From the NCBI GenBank assembly GCA_031400735.1, contig JANNQM010000066.1, forward strand, positions 8,867 to 72,866: a stretch of 64,000 bases of DNA. The letters are read 5' to 3'. Made by a program: the position numbers and the translations under genes. The notes under the pieces were generated by a model. The model ran no database searches and was not told where the DNA came from. It saw only the letters and a list, made by a program, of their open reading frames with translations. The DNA comes from Gallionellaceae bacterium (lineage in GTDB: Bacteria > Pseudomonadota > Gammaproteobacteria > Burkholderiales > Gallionellaceae). Of this stretch, positions 9,005-19,800 are shown piece by piece (the stretch's first letter is position 1; each line of letters begins with the position of its first letter).

Positions 9005-10831
9005 TTATTCCACCGTCACCGACTTGGCCAGGTTACGCGGCTTGTCTACGTCGGTGCCCTTTTGCAACGCCACGTAATAAGCCAGTAGTTGCAATGCTAT
9101 CGTGTGCAGTATCGGGCTCAGATACCCGGCGTGTTCCGGCATTTGCATGATGTGCGTGCCGTCGCTGGATTGCAGGCGCGTTCCGGCATCGGCGAATACA
9201 TACAGCTCGCCGCCGCGCGCGCGCACTTCTTGCAGGTTGGATTTCAATTTTTCCAGCAGTGTATCGTTGGGTGCCACGGCAATCACCGGCATGTCTTTGT
9301 CCACCAATGCCAGTGGGCCGTGCTTGAGTTCGCCCGCGGCATAAGCCTCGGCATGGATGTAAGAAATTTCTTTGAGCTTGAGCGCGCCTTCCATCGCGAT
9401 GGGGTAATGCAAACCGCGCCCCAGGAATAATGCGTGGCGCTTGTCGGCAAAGCGTTCGGCCAACTTGGAAATTTCCGGTTCCAGCTGCAACACGGCTTGT
9501 GCTGCGCTGGGTAGGTGGCGCAATGCCTGCAGGTGGAATTGTTCCGCTTTGCTATCCAGCCTGCCACGTTGTTTGGCCAATAACAGGGTCAGCAGGAACA
9601 GCGCCGCCAATTGGGTGGTAAATGCCTTGGTCGACGCCACGCCAATTTCCGGCCCGGCGCGCGTCAGGAAGCGCAATTTGGATAATCTGACCAGCGCACT
9701 TTCCGCCACGTTGCAGATAGACAAGGTGTGCTCATGGCCGGTGACCTTGGCATGGCTTAGCGCGGCCAGCGTGTCGGCCGTTTCGCCGGATTGCGAAATA
9801 GTGACGACCAGTGTTTTAGGGTCAGCCACGCTGACGCGATAACGATATTCGCTGGCGATTTCTACCGTGCACGGAATGCCGGCGATTTCTTCCAGCCAGT
9901 AGCGCGCCACCAAACCGGCGTGATGGCTGGTGCCACACGCAAGGATCAAGATGTTGTTCACCTGCACAAATGAGGCGGCCGCCTCGGCGCCAAAAATGCC
10001 GGGGATCAGCGACTGGCTGTTGCATACGCCTTCCAGCGTGTCGGCCAGCGCTTGCGGCTGTTCGTGAATTTCCTTTTGCATGTAATGGCGATATTCGCCC
10101 AAGTCCACGCTTTCGTTGCTTAACTCGCTGACGTGCACCGGTCTATCGACTGCCTGGCCTACAGCATTAAATATGCGATAGCCACGCAGGTTTATTTCGG
10201 CCACATCGCCTTCTTCCAGATACACCACGTTTTTGGTAACGGCCAGCAATGCAGAGACATCGGATGCGATGAAATTTTCTTGCGCGCCGACGCCCAGCAG
10301 CAACGGGCTGCCTTTGCGCGCGCAGACCAGTTGATCCGGATTGTCCGCCGCAACCACGCCGATCGCATACGCGCCCACCAGTTCGGCCAGCGCAGACTGG
10401 GTAGCGGCCAGCAGGTTTTTTCCGCTTTTGTAATGGCTATGGATAAGGTGGGCAATGACTTCGCTGTCAGTGTCCGAAGTAAAAATATAGCCTAGCGCGG
10501 TCAGACGCACGCGCATGTCTTCATAGTTTTCGATAATGCCGTTATGCACGACCGCAATCAGGTTGTTGCTGGTATGCGGATGCGCATTGCGTTCGCTGGG
10601 CACGCCGTGCGTGGCCCAGCGCGTATGGGCAATGCCCAGATGGCTGCTGATGTTGGCGCTGTTTGCGCTCAATGTTGCCACACGCCCGGTGCTGCGCTCA
10701 CGTTGCAGTTGGTTGTTGTTGACCACTACCAAACCGGCCGAGTCATAGCCACGGTATTCCAGGCGCTGCAAGCCTTGCAGCAGAATAGGGACGATATTAC
10801 GTTGCGCTATTGCGCCGACGATTCCACACAT
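9005..10831 (-). CDS. glmS: Glutamine--fructose-6-phosphate aminotransferase
   Basis: MCGIVGAI N-terminal nucleophile, two SIS domains, C-terminal ...AKSVTVE. Confidence 0.95.
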   Translation of the reverse strand: MCGIVGAIAQRNIVPILLQGLQRLEYRGYDSAGLVVVNNNQLQRERSTGRVATLSANSANISSHLGIAHTRWATHGVPSERNAHPHTSNNLIAVVHNGIIENYEDMRVRLTALGYIFTSDTDSEVIAHLIHSHYKSGKNLLAATQSALAELVGAYAIGVVAADNPDQLVCARKGSPLLLGVGAQENFIASDVSALLAVTKNVVYLEEGDVAEINLRGYRIFNAVGQAVDRPVHVSELSNESVDLGEYRHYMQKEIHEQPQALADTLEGVCNSQSLIPGIFGAEAAASFVQVNNILILACGTSHHAGLVARYWLEEIAGIPCTVEIASEYRYRVSVADPKTLVVTISQSGETADTLAALSHAKVTGHEHTLSICNVAESALVRLSKLRFLTRAGPEIGVASTKAFTTQLAALFLLTLLLAKQRGRLDSKAEQFHLQALRHLPSAAQAVLQLEPEISKLAERFADKRHALFLGRGLHYPIAMEGALKLKEISYIHAEAYAAGELKHGPLALVDKDMPVIAVAPNDTLLEKLKSNLQEVRARGGELYVFADAGTRLQSSDGTHIMQMPEHAGYLSPILHTIALQLLAYYVALQKGTDVDKPRNLAKSVTVE

Positions 10832-10878
10832 GATTGGATTTCCACAAAGAAAACTGCATTCATCTCAGGAGTCTTGCT

Positions 10879-12246
10879 TCACTTTTTTTTCTTGACCGGG
10901 CGTTGCCAGCCTTCTACCGTGACTTGTTTGGGGCGCGACAGCGTAAGTTCATTTTTCGGGACATCGAGCGTGATCGTAGAACCTGCACCTATGGTCGCTC
11001 CACGCCCTACGGTAACCGGTGCTACCAGTTGCGTGTCGGAACCGATAAACACATCGTCTTCAATCACGGTGCGGTGCTTGTTTGCGCCATCATAATTGCA
11101 GGTAATCGTGCCGGCGCCAATATTGACCCGGGCGCCGACGCTGCTGTCGCCTATGTAGCTCAAGTGATTGGCTTTGCTTTGGGAGGCAATCTCACTATTT
11201 TTTATTTCGACAAAATTGCCGATATGCACTTCGTCCTGCAATTTTGTGCCCGGGCGCAGACGCGCATAGGGGCCGATATGGCAATTGGCTCCCACTTCGC
11301 TTTGGTCAATGCAGCTATACGGCGCAATTTTTGTTGCGGGCCCGATATGGGAATTTTTGATGATGCAGTAGGCGCCGATTTGGACATTATTGCCCAGCTG
11401 CACATTACCTTCAAAAATACATCCGACATCAATCGCGACATCGCTGCCGCAGTTTAATTTGCCGCGTATATCAACGCGCGCAGGGTCGGCCAGAGTTACG
11501 CCTTGTTCCAGCAGCAGGCGCGCCTGTTCCAGTTGCCAAATCCGCTCCAGCTCGGCCAGCTGCACCTTGCTGTTGACGCCGATTACTTCCCACGGCTGGG
11601 TTGGCTGCATGGTGTGTATCGGGATATGTTGGGCCGCAGCCATCGCGACAATGTCGGTAAGATAATATTCGCGCTGTGCATTATCGTTGTTGAGTTTGCC
11701 CAGCCAATCGCGCAACAAATGAGTAGGCGCTGCCAGAATTCCGGTGTTCACTTCATGGATCGCGCGTTGCTCGGGGGTAGCATCTTTTTCTTCGACAATG
11801 CGGCTGAGGTTGTTTGCGGCATCGCGCACAATGCGTCCGTATCCCGCTGGATTGCCCAGGTTTAACGTCAGCAACGTGACCGCCTCGGCATGGGCCAACA
11901 TTTTTTTCAATGTGGCAGCCTGGATCAGCGGGACATCGCCATACAGCACCAGCGTCAGGCCATCCTGCGGCAGGTGCGGCAATGCCTGCTGCACGGCATG
12001 GCCGGTGCCCAGTTGCGGTTGTTGCAGCGCAAACGCGGTGCCGTAATGCGACATGGCCTGCGGTACCGCTTCGCCGCCATGCCCATACACGACGCAGATG
12101 TTTTTTGCTGGCGCAAGTTGCGTCGCTGTTTCCAGCACGTGCTGCAGCAGTGGACGTCCGGCCAAAGCGTGCAGCACCTTGGGTTGTTCCGAGTGCATAC
12201 GCTTGCCCTGGCCGGCAGCGAGAATAACAATGTTTAATGGGTCCAT
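10879..12246 (-). CDS. glmU: Bifunctional UDP-N-acetylglucosamine pyrophosphorylase / GlcN-1-P acetyltransferase
   Basis: [10 protein letters not shown] nucleotidyltransferase motif plus C-terminal left-handed beta-helix hexapeptide repeats. Confidence 0.95.
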   Translation of the reverse strand: MDPLNIVILAAGQGKRMHSEQPKVLHALAGRPLLQHVLETATQLAPAKNICVVYGHGGEAVPQAMSHYGTAFALQQPQLGTGHAVQQALPHLPQDGLTLVLYGDVPLIQAATLKKMLAHAEAVTLLTLNLGNPAGYGRIVRDAANNLSRIVEEKDATPEQRAIHEVNTGILAAPTHLLRDWLGKLNNDNAQREYYLTDIVAMAAAQHIPIHTMQPTQPWEVIGVNSKVQLAELERIWQLEQARLLLEQGVTLADPARVDIRGKLNCGSDVAIDVGCIFEGNVQLGNNVQIGAYCIIKNSHIGPATKIAPYSCIDQSEVGANCHIGPYARLRPGTKLQDEVHIGNFVEIKNSEIASQSKANHLSYIGDSSVGARVNIGAGTITCNYDGANKHRTVIEDDVFIGSDTQLVAPVTVGRGATIGAGSTITLDVPKNELTLSRPKQVTVEGWQRPVKKKK

Positions 12247-12334
12247 GCGGTTGTGCGGTTGTCAGGCTTCACGCCCTGAGTATAGCCGATAACGAGGGTT
12301 TTGATCCTGCCCTACAGGGCAAGGGGTGTTCTCT

Positions 12335-13633
12335 TCAGCCTTTCAGGCAGCGTTTTACTGGAAACACCATGCTGAAAGTGCTGCCCTTTCCTTCCTCGCT
12401 GGCAATTTCCAGTTTCGCCTGATGGCGGTTAGCCACATGCTTGACAATGGCCAACCCCAAACCCGTGCCGCCGGTGGCGCGCGACCGGCTTTGGTCGACC
12501 CGGTAAAATCGCTCGGTCAGGCGCGGGATATGCTCAGCGGCAATTCCGATGCCGCTGTCTTGCACACTGAACACCGGTTGGCTTGCCTGCTCATGCCAGC
12601 GAATGATAATTTCGCCATTTTTGGGGGTATAGCGAATGGCATTGGATATCAAGTTGCCCAAGGCGCTGCGCAATTCATCGGTGTTGCCCGACAGGTTGCA
12701 CTGGCTGTTTAGCTCCAGCTGCAAGTTATGTTGCCCGTCGCTTAACGACTGTCCCTCGCGATGCAGTGCTGTTAAGAGCGCCGGCATGTTTACTGTTTCT
12801 TCCTGCAAGGCATTCAACGCGTTATCCAGTTTGGATAAGGTCAACAAATCATCTACCAGCCGTTGCATGCGCTGGGTTTGTTCGCCCATCAGGTCCAGCG
12901 CGCGCCGGGACGCTTTATTCTCCAGATTCGGCGTGTCGCTCAATGTTTCGACAAAACCATTGATGACCGTCAGTGGCGTGCGCAATTCATGCGAGACGTT
13001 GGCAACAAAATCGCGGCGCATGGTTTCTATGCGCTCAAAACGGGTTATGTCGCGGCTGATCAGCAACTTCTTGTTTTCGCCATAGCCTATCAGCTTGATC
13101 GAAAGGACTACGCCATCCTGACGCGCGTTGCGCAATATCAGCACTTCACTGAAATCATTGTGGTTCAGGTATTCAACAAATTCCGGCTGGCGCACCAGAT
13201 AGGTGATCTGCTGCCCGGTATCGAGCACGCCATCCAATCCGAAATGTTGCTCGGCTATCGGATTGCACCATTCTATGTGGTCGGCAACATCCAGAATAAC
13301 CACGCCTTCTGGCAGGGCTGCGGTAGCTTGCTCCATGTGCTGCAATGCCGCGATACGTTTCTCGCGTTCTTTGCGGTGTTTTCGCACCATGCGGTTCAAC
13401 CGTACAAACACGTCTTCCCATAAGCCGGTACCGCCCGGCACGGGTTTGGCATCCGGGTTATCCAGCCAGCTTTCCAGCTCGGCCAGCTGGCGCACATGTC
13501 GGATAAAATGCAGCACGATAAACACGCCAAACAGCACAGCTGCCGCAAATGGCCCTATTATCGCGGCCAGCAGCAGGCACAGCAGCAACATAACAAGCGG
13601 TAAAGTCAGCGCACGCCGCCAAAAATCAAACAC
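12335..13633 (-). CDS. phoR: Phosphate regulon sensor histidine kinase
   Basis: Two N-terminal TM segments, PAS, H-box FVANVSHELRTPLT, HATPase_c. Lies downstream of phoB. Confidence 0.9.
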   Translation of the reverse strand: MFDFWRRALTLPLVMLLLCLLLAAIIGPFAAAVLFGVFIVLHFIRHVRQLAELESWLDNPDAKPVPGGTGLWEDVFVRLNRMVRKHRKEREKRIAALQHMEQATAALPEGVVILDVADHIEWCNPIAEQHFGLDGVLDTGQQITYLVRQPEFVEYLNHNDFSEVLILRNARQDGVVLSIKLIGYGENKKLLISRDITRFERIETMRRDFVANVSHELRTPLTVINGFVETLSDTPNLENKASRRALDLMGEQTQRMQRLVDDLLTLSKLDNALNALQEETVNMPALLTALHREGQSLSDGQHNLQLELNSQCNLSGNTDELRSALGNLISNAIRYTPKNGEIIIRWHEQASQPVFSVQDSGIGIAAEHIPRLTERFYRVDQSRSRATGGTGLGLAIVKHVANRHQAKLEIASEEGKGSTFSMVFPVKRCLKG

Positions 13634-13706
13634 GAGGGAATACCTTTATATTATTTCCACGCTATATTATGGCGTGCAATGGCTGCGGGGTATAAATTTT
13701 TACTAC

Positions 13707-14393
13707 TTAGCTGCTTGAAAAACGATACCCACTACCGCGCACCGTCTGTACCAGATGATCAAAGCCGGTCGGCTCCAGCGCCTGGCGCAGGCGGCGGATA
13801 TGGACATCTACCGTACGCTCTTCTACAAATACATGGTCACCCCACACTTGATCCAGCAATTGCGCGCGGCTATAGACCCGTTCGGTGTGGGTCATGAAAA
13901 AATGCAGCAAGCGGAATTTGGTCGGCCCGAGGTCAATAACGACGCCCCTGCCGCTGACCCGGTGAGTGGTAGGCGACAATTCCAGTCCGCCATGCCCAAC
14001 CGTTTCATCGCTGATCTGCGGTGCACGGCGGCGCAGTACTGCGCGAATCCGCGCCATCAATTCGCGCGGTGAAAAAGGTTTAGTAATGTAATCGTCGGCA
14101 CCGGTTTCCAGGCCCATGATCTTGTCGCGTTCGTCAGTACGTGCAGTCAACATGATGATGGGTATGTTGCGGGTGCGCTGTTCGGCCCGCAGGCGCCGGG
14201 CGAATTCCACGCCGCTGATGCCGGGCAACATCCAGTCAAGCAGGATCAAATCCGGCAACGCGCGGCTGATGTGGGCCATCGCGCTGCTTGCATCAAGCGC
14301 CTGGATTGCCTGGTAACCGCAGCGCGTGACGTTTAGCGCCAGCAATTCCTGGATTGCCGGCTCATCTTCCACCAACAGAATATTCGCTGTCAT
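13707..14393 (-). CDS. phoB: Phosphate regulon response regulator
   Basis: MTANILLVEDEPAIQEL aligns with the E. coli PhoB N-terminus, and the C-terminus is an OmpR-type winged helix. ATG at 14393 preferred over 14411. Confidence 0.9.
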   Translation of the reverse strand: MTANILLVEDEPAIQELLALNVTRCGYQAIQALDASSAMAHISRALPDLILLDWMLPGISGVEFARRLRAEQRTRNIPIIMLTARTDERDKIMGLETGADDYITKPFSPRELMARIRAVLRRRAPQISDETVGHGGLELSPTTHRVSGRGVVIDLGPTKFRLLHFFMTHTERVYSRAQLLDQVWGDHVFVEERTVDVHIRRLRQALEPTGFDHLVQTVRGSGYRFSSS

Positions 14394-14429
14394 CTTTTTT
14401 CGGTCATTCATGTTGTATAAAGGCCTGAG

Positions 14430-14463
14430 ATTATATGAATGAACTGTGACAGACAGATGACAA
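14430..14463 (-). promoter_or_regulatory. Pho box plus -10 element upstream of phoB
   Basis: Minus strand reads TTGTCAT-CTGT-CTGTCAC (compare CTGTCAT-A(A/T)A(A/T)-CTGTCA(C/T)). After 10 nt comes TATAAT. Confidence 0.6.
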
Positions 14464-14466
14464 GTG

Positions 14467-15891
14467 TCAGGTTGCAGCTGGTGGACGGCTGCCGGTCAAA
14501 TCGGGCAGCAGGGAGCCGAGCACCATGCCCAGCGCGCTTAGCAATAATCCGGCCAGTTGCGGCGGCCATAAACCCTCCGGATTAAAAATTTCCAGCAGCA
14601 ACCAGGAAGACAGCCCGGCAGCGATAGCGAATAATGCGCCCTGGCTGTTGGCGCGTTTCCAGTACAGCCCGCACACCAGCGGAATGAAGGCCATCACCAG
14701 AGTCACCTTGTAGGCGTTGCCCACCATTTCATAAATGCTGGCCTCTGAATTCAGCGCAAACAGCGTTACCGCAAACGTAAAGCACACCACCACCACGCGC
14801 ATCGTCCACAGGAAATGTCGGTCGCTCTGGTGGCCAATGATGCCTTTCAGGATATTCTCGGTGAAGGTCACCGAAGGCGCCAGCAACGTGCCGCTGGCGG
14901 TGCTCATGATGGCCGACAGCAACGCGCCGAAGAAAACCACCTGGGCAAACACCGGTGCATGGTTCATGATCAGCGTCGGCAGAATTTTCTGGGCATCTCC
15001 TTCTATCAAGGATGCCACCATCGCCGGGTCAATCAGCGTGGCTGAATAAGCCAGAAACATCGGGATAAAGGCAAACAGGAAATACAGGCTGCCGCCCAGT
15101 ATCGCGCCACGCACGGCGGTTTTTTCATTCTTGGCCGACATCACGCGCTGAAATACGTCTTGCTGCGGGATGGAACCCAACATCATCGTGACGGCCGCGC
15201 CGATAAAAGCCAGCACATCGCGCGTTTCCAGTTTTGGCCAGAAGTTGAATTTATCCGCCTGTACGGCGTGGTCTATCACAACGCCTGCCCCACCCGCCAT
15301 GCCGGACAACAGCCAAACCAGATACAGCATGCCCAGCACGATAATGGTCATCTGAAAGGCATCGGTCATCGCCACCGACCACATCCCGCCGAACAGTGTA
15401 TAAACCAGCACAATCGCCGCACCCAGTACCATGCCTTCATTGTGAGAAATAGCTCCTTGGGTGACAAAAGAAAACACCAGGCCTAGCGCGACAATCTGCG
15501 CCGATACCCAACCGAGGTAAGAAGTGACAATCGCCAGGCTGGTCAACACTTCTACCTTGCGGTTGTACCGTTGCCGGTAATAATCGCCTATGGTCAGCAA
15601 ATTCAAACGGTACAATTTGGCCGCAAAAAACATCCCGACAAAAATCAGACAAAGGCTGGCACCAAATGGATCTTCGATGATGCCGCCGAGACCCTCCTGG
15701 ACAAAAGTAGCCGAAATGCCCAATACGGTTTCAGAGCCGAACCACGTGGCAAAGACGGTAGCGGTCACGATATACAACGGCAAATGACGCCCGGCTACCA
15801 CGTAGTCGCGGGTATTATGGACATTCTTGGCGGCATATAGCCCGATGCCGATAGAAACCATCAGATATAGCACAACAAACCAGATCAGCAT
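14467..15891 (-). CDS. Sodium:solute symporter (SSF) family transporter
   Basis: About 13 TM helices with SSF N-terminal pattern DYVVAGRHLP...ATWFGSETVLG. ATG at 15891 with an AGGGGGA RBS. The 27 codons upstream lie inside a REP-like repeat. Confidence 0.85.
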   Translation of the reverse strand: MLIWFVVLYLMVSIGIGLYAAKNVHNTRDYVVAGRHLPLYIVTATVFATWFGSETVLGISATFVQEGLGGIIEDPFGASLCLIFVGMFFAAKLYRLNLLTIGDYYRQRYNRKVEVLTSLAIVTSYLGWVSAQIVALGLVFSFVTQGAISHNEGMVLGAAIVLVYTLFGGMWSVAMTDAFQMTIIVLGMLYLVWLLSGMAGGAGVVIDHAVQADKFNFWPKLETRDVLAFIGAAVTMMLGSIPQQDVFQRVMSAKNEKTAVRGAILGGSLYFLFAFIPMFLAYSATLIDPAMVASLIEGDAQKILPTLIMNHAPVFAQVVFFGALLSAIMSTASGTLLAPSVTFTENILKGIIGHQSDRHFLWTMRVVVVCFTFAVTLFALNSEASIYEMVGNAYKVTLVMAFIPLVCGLYWKRANSQGALFAIAAGLSSWLLLEIFNPEGLWPPQLAGLLLSALGMVLGSLLPDLTGSRPPAAT

Positions 15892-15911
15892 CCGTCCCCC
15901 TTCACAGATTA

Positions 15912-16057
15912 AATTAGCTAAGGAACGCTGAATAAGCCTGAATTTGTCACTCCCGCGAAGGCGGGAGTCCAATTAGCTCAACAAGCTGGATGCCCGCCTT
16001 CCCCCCGCCTTCGCGAGGGTGGCAGGGCATGACGACTTATTCAGTGTTCCCTAATTG
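15912..16057. repeat. REP/MITE-like intergenic element with terminal inverted repeats and internal GC hairpins
   Basis: Termini AATTAGCTAAGGAACGCTGAATAAG and CTTATTCAGTGTTCCCTAATTG are inverted. Internal hairpin ACTCCCGC-GAAG-GCGGGAGT (15949-15968), with an inverted partial copy. Confidence 0.6.
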
Positions 16058-16130
16058 TAATTCATACAGAAATGCTTACGCCGTAATAATAAAGGCTCCC
16101 GAAGGAGCCTCTATTCGACCAACACATCAA

Positions 16131-16733
16131 TTACAGCGCTGTGGCATGTTCGGCCAGGTATTTCGCCACCCCCTCGGTGGAGGCATCCATGCCGACCTTG
16201 CCTTTGCTCCAGCCAGCCGGACAAACTTCACCGTGTTCCTCGGTAAATTGCAATGCATCAATCATGCGCAACATCTCGTCTATATTGCGCCCGAGCGGCA
16301 AGTCATTCACCACTTGATGACGCACAATGCCGCCACGGTCGATCAGGAACGATCCGCGGTAAGCCACCCCATCGACCGCCTCAACATCATACGCGCGGCA
16401 GATCTCGTGCTTGATGTCCGCCACCAACGGGTAACGAATCTGGCCAATGCCGCCTTTGTTGACTGGGGTATTTTTCCACGCAAAATGGGAAAAATGGGAA
16501 TCAATGGAGACTCCTATTACTTCCACATTACGTTTTTTGAACTCCTCCAGCCTGTGGTCAAAAGCAATAATTTCAGATGGGCAAACAAAAGTAAAGTCCA
16601 GCGGATAAAAAAACACTACGCCATATTTGCCGCCCAGATGTTTTTTCAAATTGAAAGTTTCATTGATATCATTGTTGCCCATTACCGCTACTGCATTGAT
16701 ATCCGGGGCGGGCTTTCCGACCAGTACGGCCAT
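16131..16733 (-). CDS. Typical 2-Cys peroxiredoxin (AhpC/Tsa family)
   Basis: Peroxidatic motif FYPLDFTFVCPSE and resolving Cys in GEVCPAGW. Confidence 0.9.
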   Translation of the reverse strand: MAVLVGKPAPDINAVAVMGNNDINETFNLKKHLGGKYGVVFFYPLDFTFVCPSEIIAFDHRLEEFKKRNVEVIGVSIDSHFSHFAWKNTPVNKGGIGQIRYPLVADIKHEICRAYDVEAVDGVAYRGSFLIDRGGIVRHQVVNDLPLGRNIDEMLRMIDALQFTEEHGEVCPAGWSKGKVGMDASTEGVAKYLAEHATAL

Positions 16734-16828
16734 AGTATTTCTCCTTAGAATCGCTAAAAAACGTGAATTTAACCATTGAACGGGTGCATGTCAACTGTAG
16801 CATACTCACGTGGCGCTGAATCGCTTAT

Positions 16829-19800
16829 CTACAAGGATTCCCAAATTTTCTGTAGCCGTTTGGGCGACACGATCACCGGGGTTTTCAGTTCCTGGGCAAA
16901 CAGTGAAACGCGCAATTCCTGCAGCATCCAGCCGAATTCTTCGAGCGGGATATTTCCACGCCCTGCCTCCATTTTGCGCTGCCATTGTTGTTGCAGCGGC
17001 AGCAGCAGCGCCAGCTGGCGTGAGTCACGCGCCGGGTCGGTGCGCAACTTTTCCAGCCGCACATTAATCGCCTTCAGGTAGCGCGGCACGTGTTGCAGGC
17101 GCTCATAAGGTGTGTTGGCGATGAATTCCTTGTGCAACATCCAGGCGCACTGCGCGCGTATATCTTGCGCCGCCTGGCTGTGCATCTTTGCGCCGGGCAG
17201 ATTTTTCTGCACCTGCTGATATTCGGCCAATATCGCGCCAGTCAGCCGGGCAATTTCCTGGCCCACCAAAGTCAGGCGGCTTTTCGCTTCTTTGCAGCGC
17301 TGGCTGAATTCTTTGTCATTGGTGGGCCAAGGTTCATTCAGGCAGCATCGGTCAAAGGTCACCGCCAGAATCTGGCGTTGCAGGTCCTGTGCGCTGCCAA
17401 ATGGCAGGAACTGCATCGCCAAAGCCTGCAGGCCAAGATTTTTTTCGAGAAATTTAAGCTGCTCCTTTAAGGCCAGCATGAACAGTCGACATAAGCCAGC
17501 GCGGTGGGTAGACATGGCTTCCTCGCGCGTATCAAACGCACGTAGCGTCACGGCGTTCCCGTCATCGGCAAGCGCATTGAACACAGTCACCACCTGACCC
17601 GCCCGGTGCAGCCCGGAAGTAGCCGTGAATTCCCCAAAGCTCCAGTCCGTGTAACGTTGTTGCGCTGTACTTGCATTCCCCAAATCCAATATTAGCGGCG
17701 CAACTTTAGGCGCCCATTCCGCGCGCAACTGCGCGAAATTGCGCGACACACCCAGCTGTCTGCCATGTTCGTCCATCACCCGAAAATTCATCAGCAGATG
17801 GAGCGGCAATTGTTCCAGCCGAAACGCGTCCTGCGGCACTTCAATTTGTTTTTTCGACCGGATAAAGCGCGCCAAGGCTTGCAATAGCGGCATATCTGAT
17901 GGCGGCACCGCAGCGCAAAATTGTGCGGAAAATTCCGGCACCGGCACTAAATGGCGGCGCAGTTTCTGCGGCAGGCTTTTTACCAGTTGAATAATTTTTT
18001 CTGGCAACAGCCCCGGCACCAAATATTCGCATTGCGCCGCCGACACTTGATTGACCAAAGCCAGCGGCACGGTCAGCGTGACGCCATCGTCCGCCTTTCC
18101 CGGCGCAAAGTTATAACTCAAGGCATAGCTGACATTGTTCATCACCAACTGCGGCGGAAATTGATCGGTGGTTATGCCTGCCGCCTCATGGCGCATCAGG
18201 TCATCGCGCTGCAGATACAGCAGGCGCGGCGAGTCGTGTTCCGCTTCCTTGCGCCACGCTTCGAACGCTGCCCCGTTGAATATTTGCTGTGGAATGCGGC
18301 TGTCGTAAAAAGCAAAAATCAATTCATCGTCCACCAGCACATCCGGGCGGCGGGCCTTGTGCTCCAGTGCCTCGATGTCGTGGATAAGCTTCTGGTTGTG
18401 CGCGAAGAACGGCGCCTGGGTATTAAATTCTCCGGCCACCAGTGCCTGGCGGATAAACACGGCGCGTGATTCCGCCACATTCATCGGCCCGTAATGCACG
18501 CGTTTTTTGGGGTTGATGATCAGGCCATACAAGGTGCTGCGCTCCCAGGCGGCTACCTGAGCCGCTTTTTTTTCCCAATGCGGATCATAGTAAGTGCGCT
18601 TGATCAAATGGGCGGCTACCTCTTCCAGCCATTCGGGTTCGATTCGGCCTACACAGCGCGCATAAAGCCGGGTAGTTTCCACCAACTCTGCTGCTACCAC
18701 CCATTTGGGCGCTTTTTTTGCCAGCACAGAATTGGGCGCCACAAAAAATTTAATTTCGCGCGCGCCCTGGTAAACCATTTCCCGGTCTACGCTCTTGCAA
18801 CCTATGTTGCCCAGCAATCCGGTCAGCAGCGCCTTATGGATTTCTTCATAAGTGGCCGGTTGCTGATTCAGGCGCATGCCCATTTCGGTAACTTGCGCAT
18901 GCAGTTGTTGATATAGCTCATGCCACTCGCGCAGGCGCAGCGGCGACAGGAATTTTTCCCGGCATTCATTGGCCCACAGGCGGTTGGATTTTTTATGTTT
19001 CACGGCATTCTGGAACCATGCCCATAATTTTATATAGGCCAGAAAATCCGAGCGTTCGTCATTATAGCGCTGGTGCGCGGCATCGGCCGCCTCGCGCCGT
19101 TCTGACGGGCGTTCGCGCGGGTCTTGTAACGACAAAGCGCTGGCAATGATCAGAATTTCCTGCAGGCAATGATATTGCCGCCCGGCCAACAGCAGGCGGG
19201 CAATTTTTGGATCCAGCGGCAATTTGGCCAGCTCATGGCCTAGCGGGGTAAGTTGGTGCGCTGCCTCGGCATCAATCGCCCCCAGCTCGGTCAGCAGCTG
19301 ATAGCCATCCGCCACTGAGCGCGTACCAGGTGGCTCTATAAATGGAAAATTTTCTATCTCGCCCAGTTTTAATGCGCTCATGCGCAAAATGACCGTGGCC
19401 AGTGATACACGAAAAATTTCGGCATCGGCATATTCCGCGCGCGCCAGGAAATCGGCCTCGTCATACAGCCGCACGCACACTCCGCTCATGACCCGTCCGC
19501 AGCGCCCGGCGCGTTGATTGGCTGAAGCACGCGCAATTTTTTCTATGCGCAGCTGTTCGACTTTTTGGCGGACACTGTAACGGTTTATGCGCGCTTGTCC
19601 GCTGTCTATCACGTAACCGATGTTGGGTACCGTGAGCGAAGTTTCGGCGACATTGGTGGCCAACACTACCCGGCGCTGGTTGGTGGGTTTGAATACGCGG
19701 TCTTGCTCGGCTGCCGACAAACGTGAAAACAGCGGCAGTATTTCCACGCCTTTTGGATGATGCTTGCGCAAGGCTTCGGTAGTATCACGGATTTCGCGTT

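Noticed and set aside
12280-12334. Small hairpin (TGCCC-TACA-GGGCA) after phoR as a terminator
   Set aside because: The stem is short (5-6 bp) and no T-run follows it on the minus strand.
15990-16748. 252-aa plus-strand ORF
   Set aside because: It is antisense to the well-supported peroxiredoxin gene, and its 5' part is the translated REP-like element (MPAFPPPSRGWQGMT).
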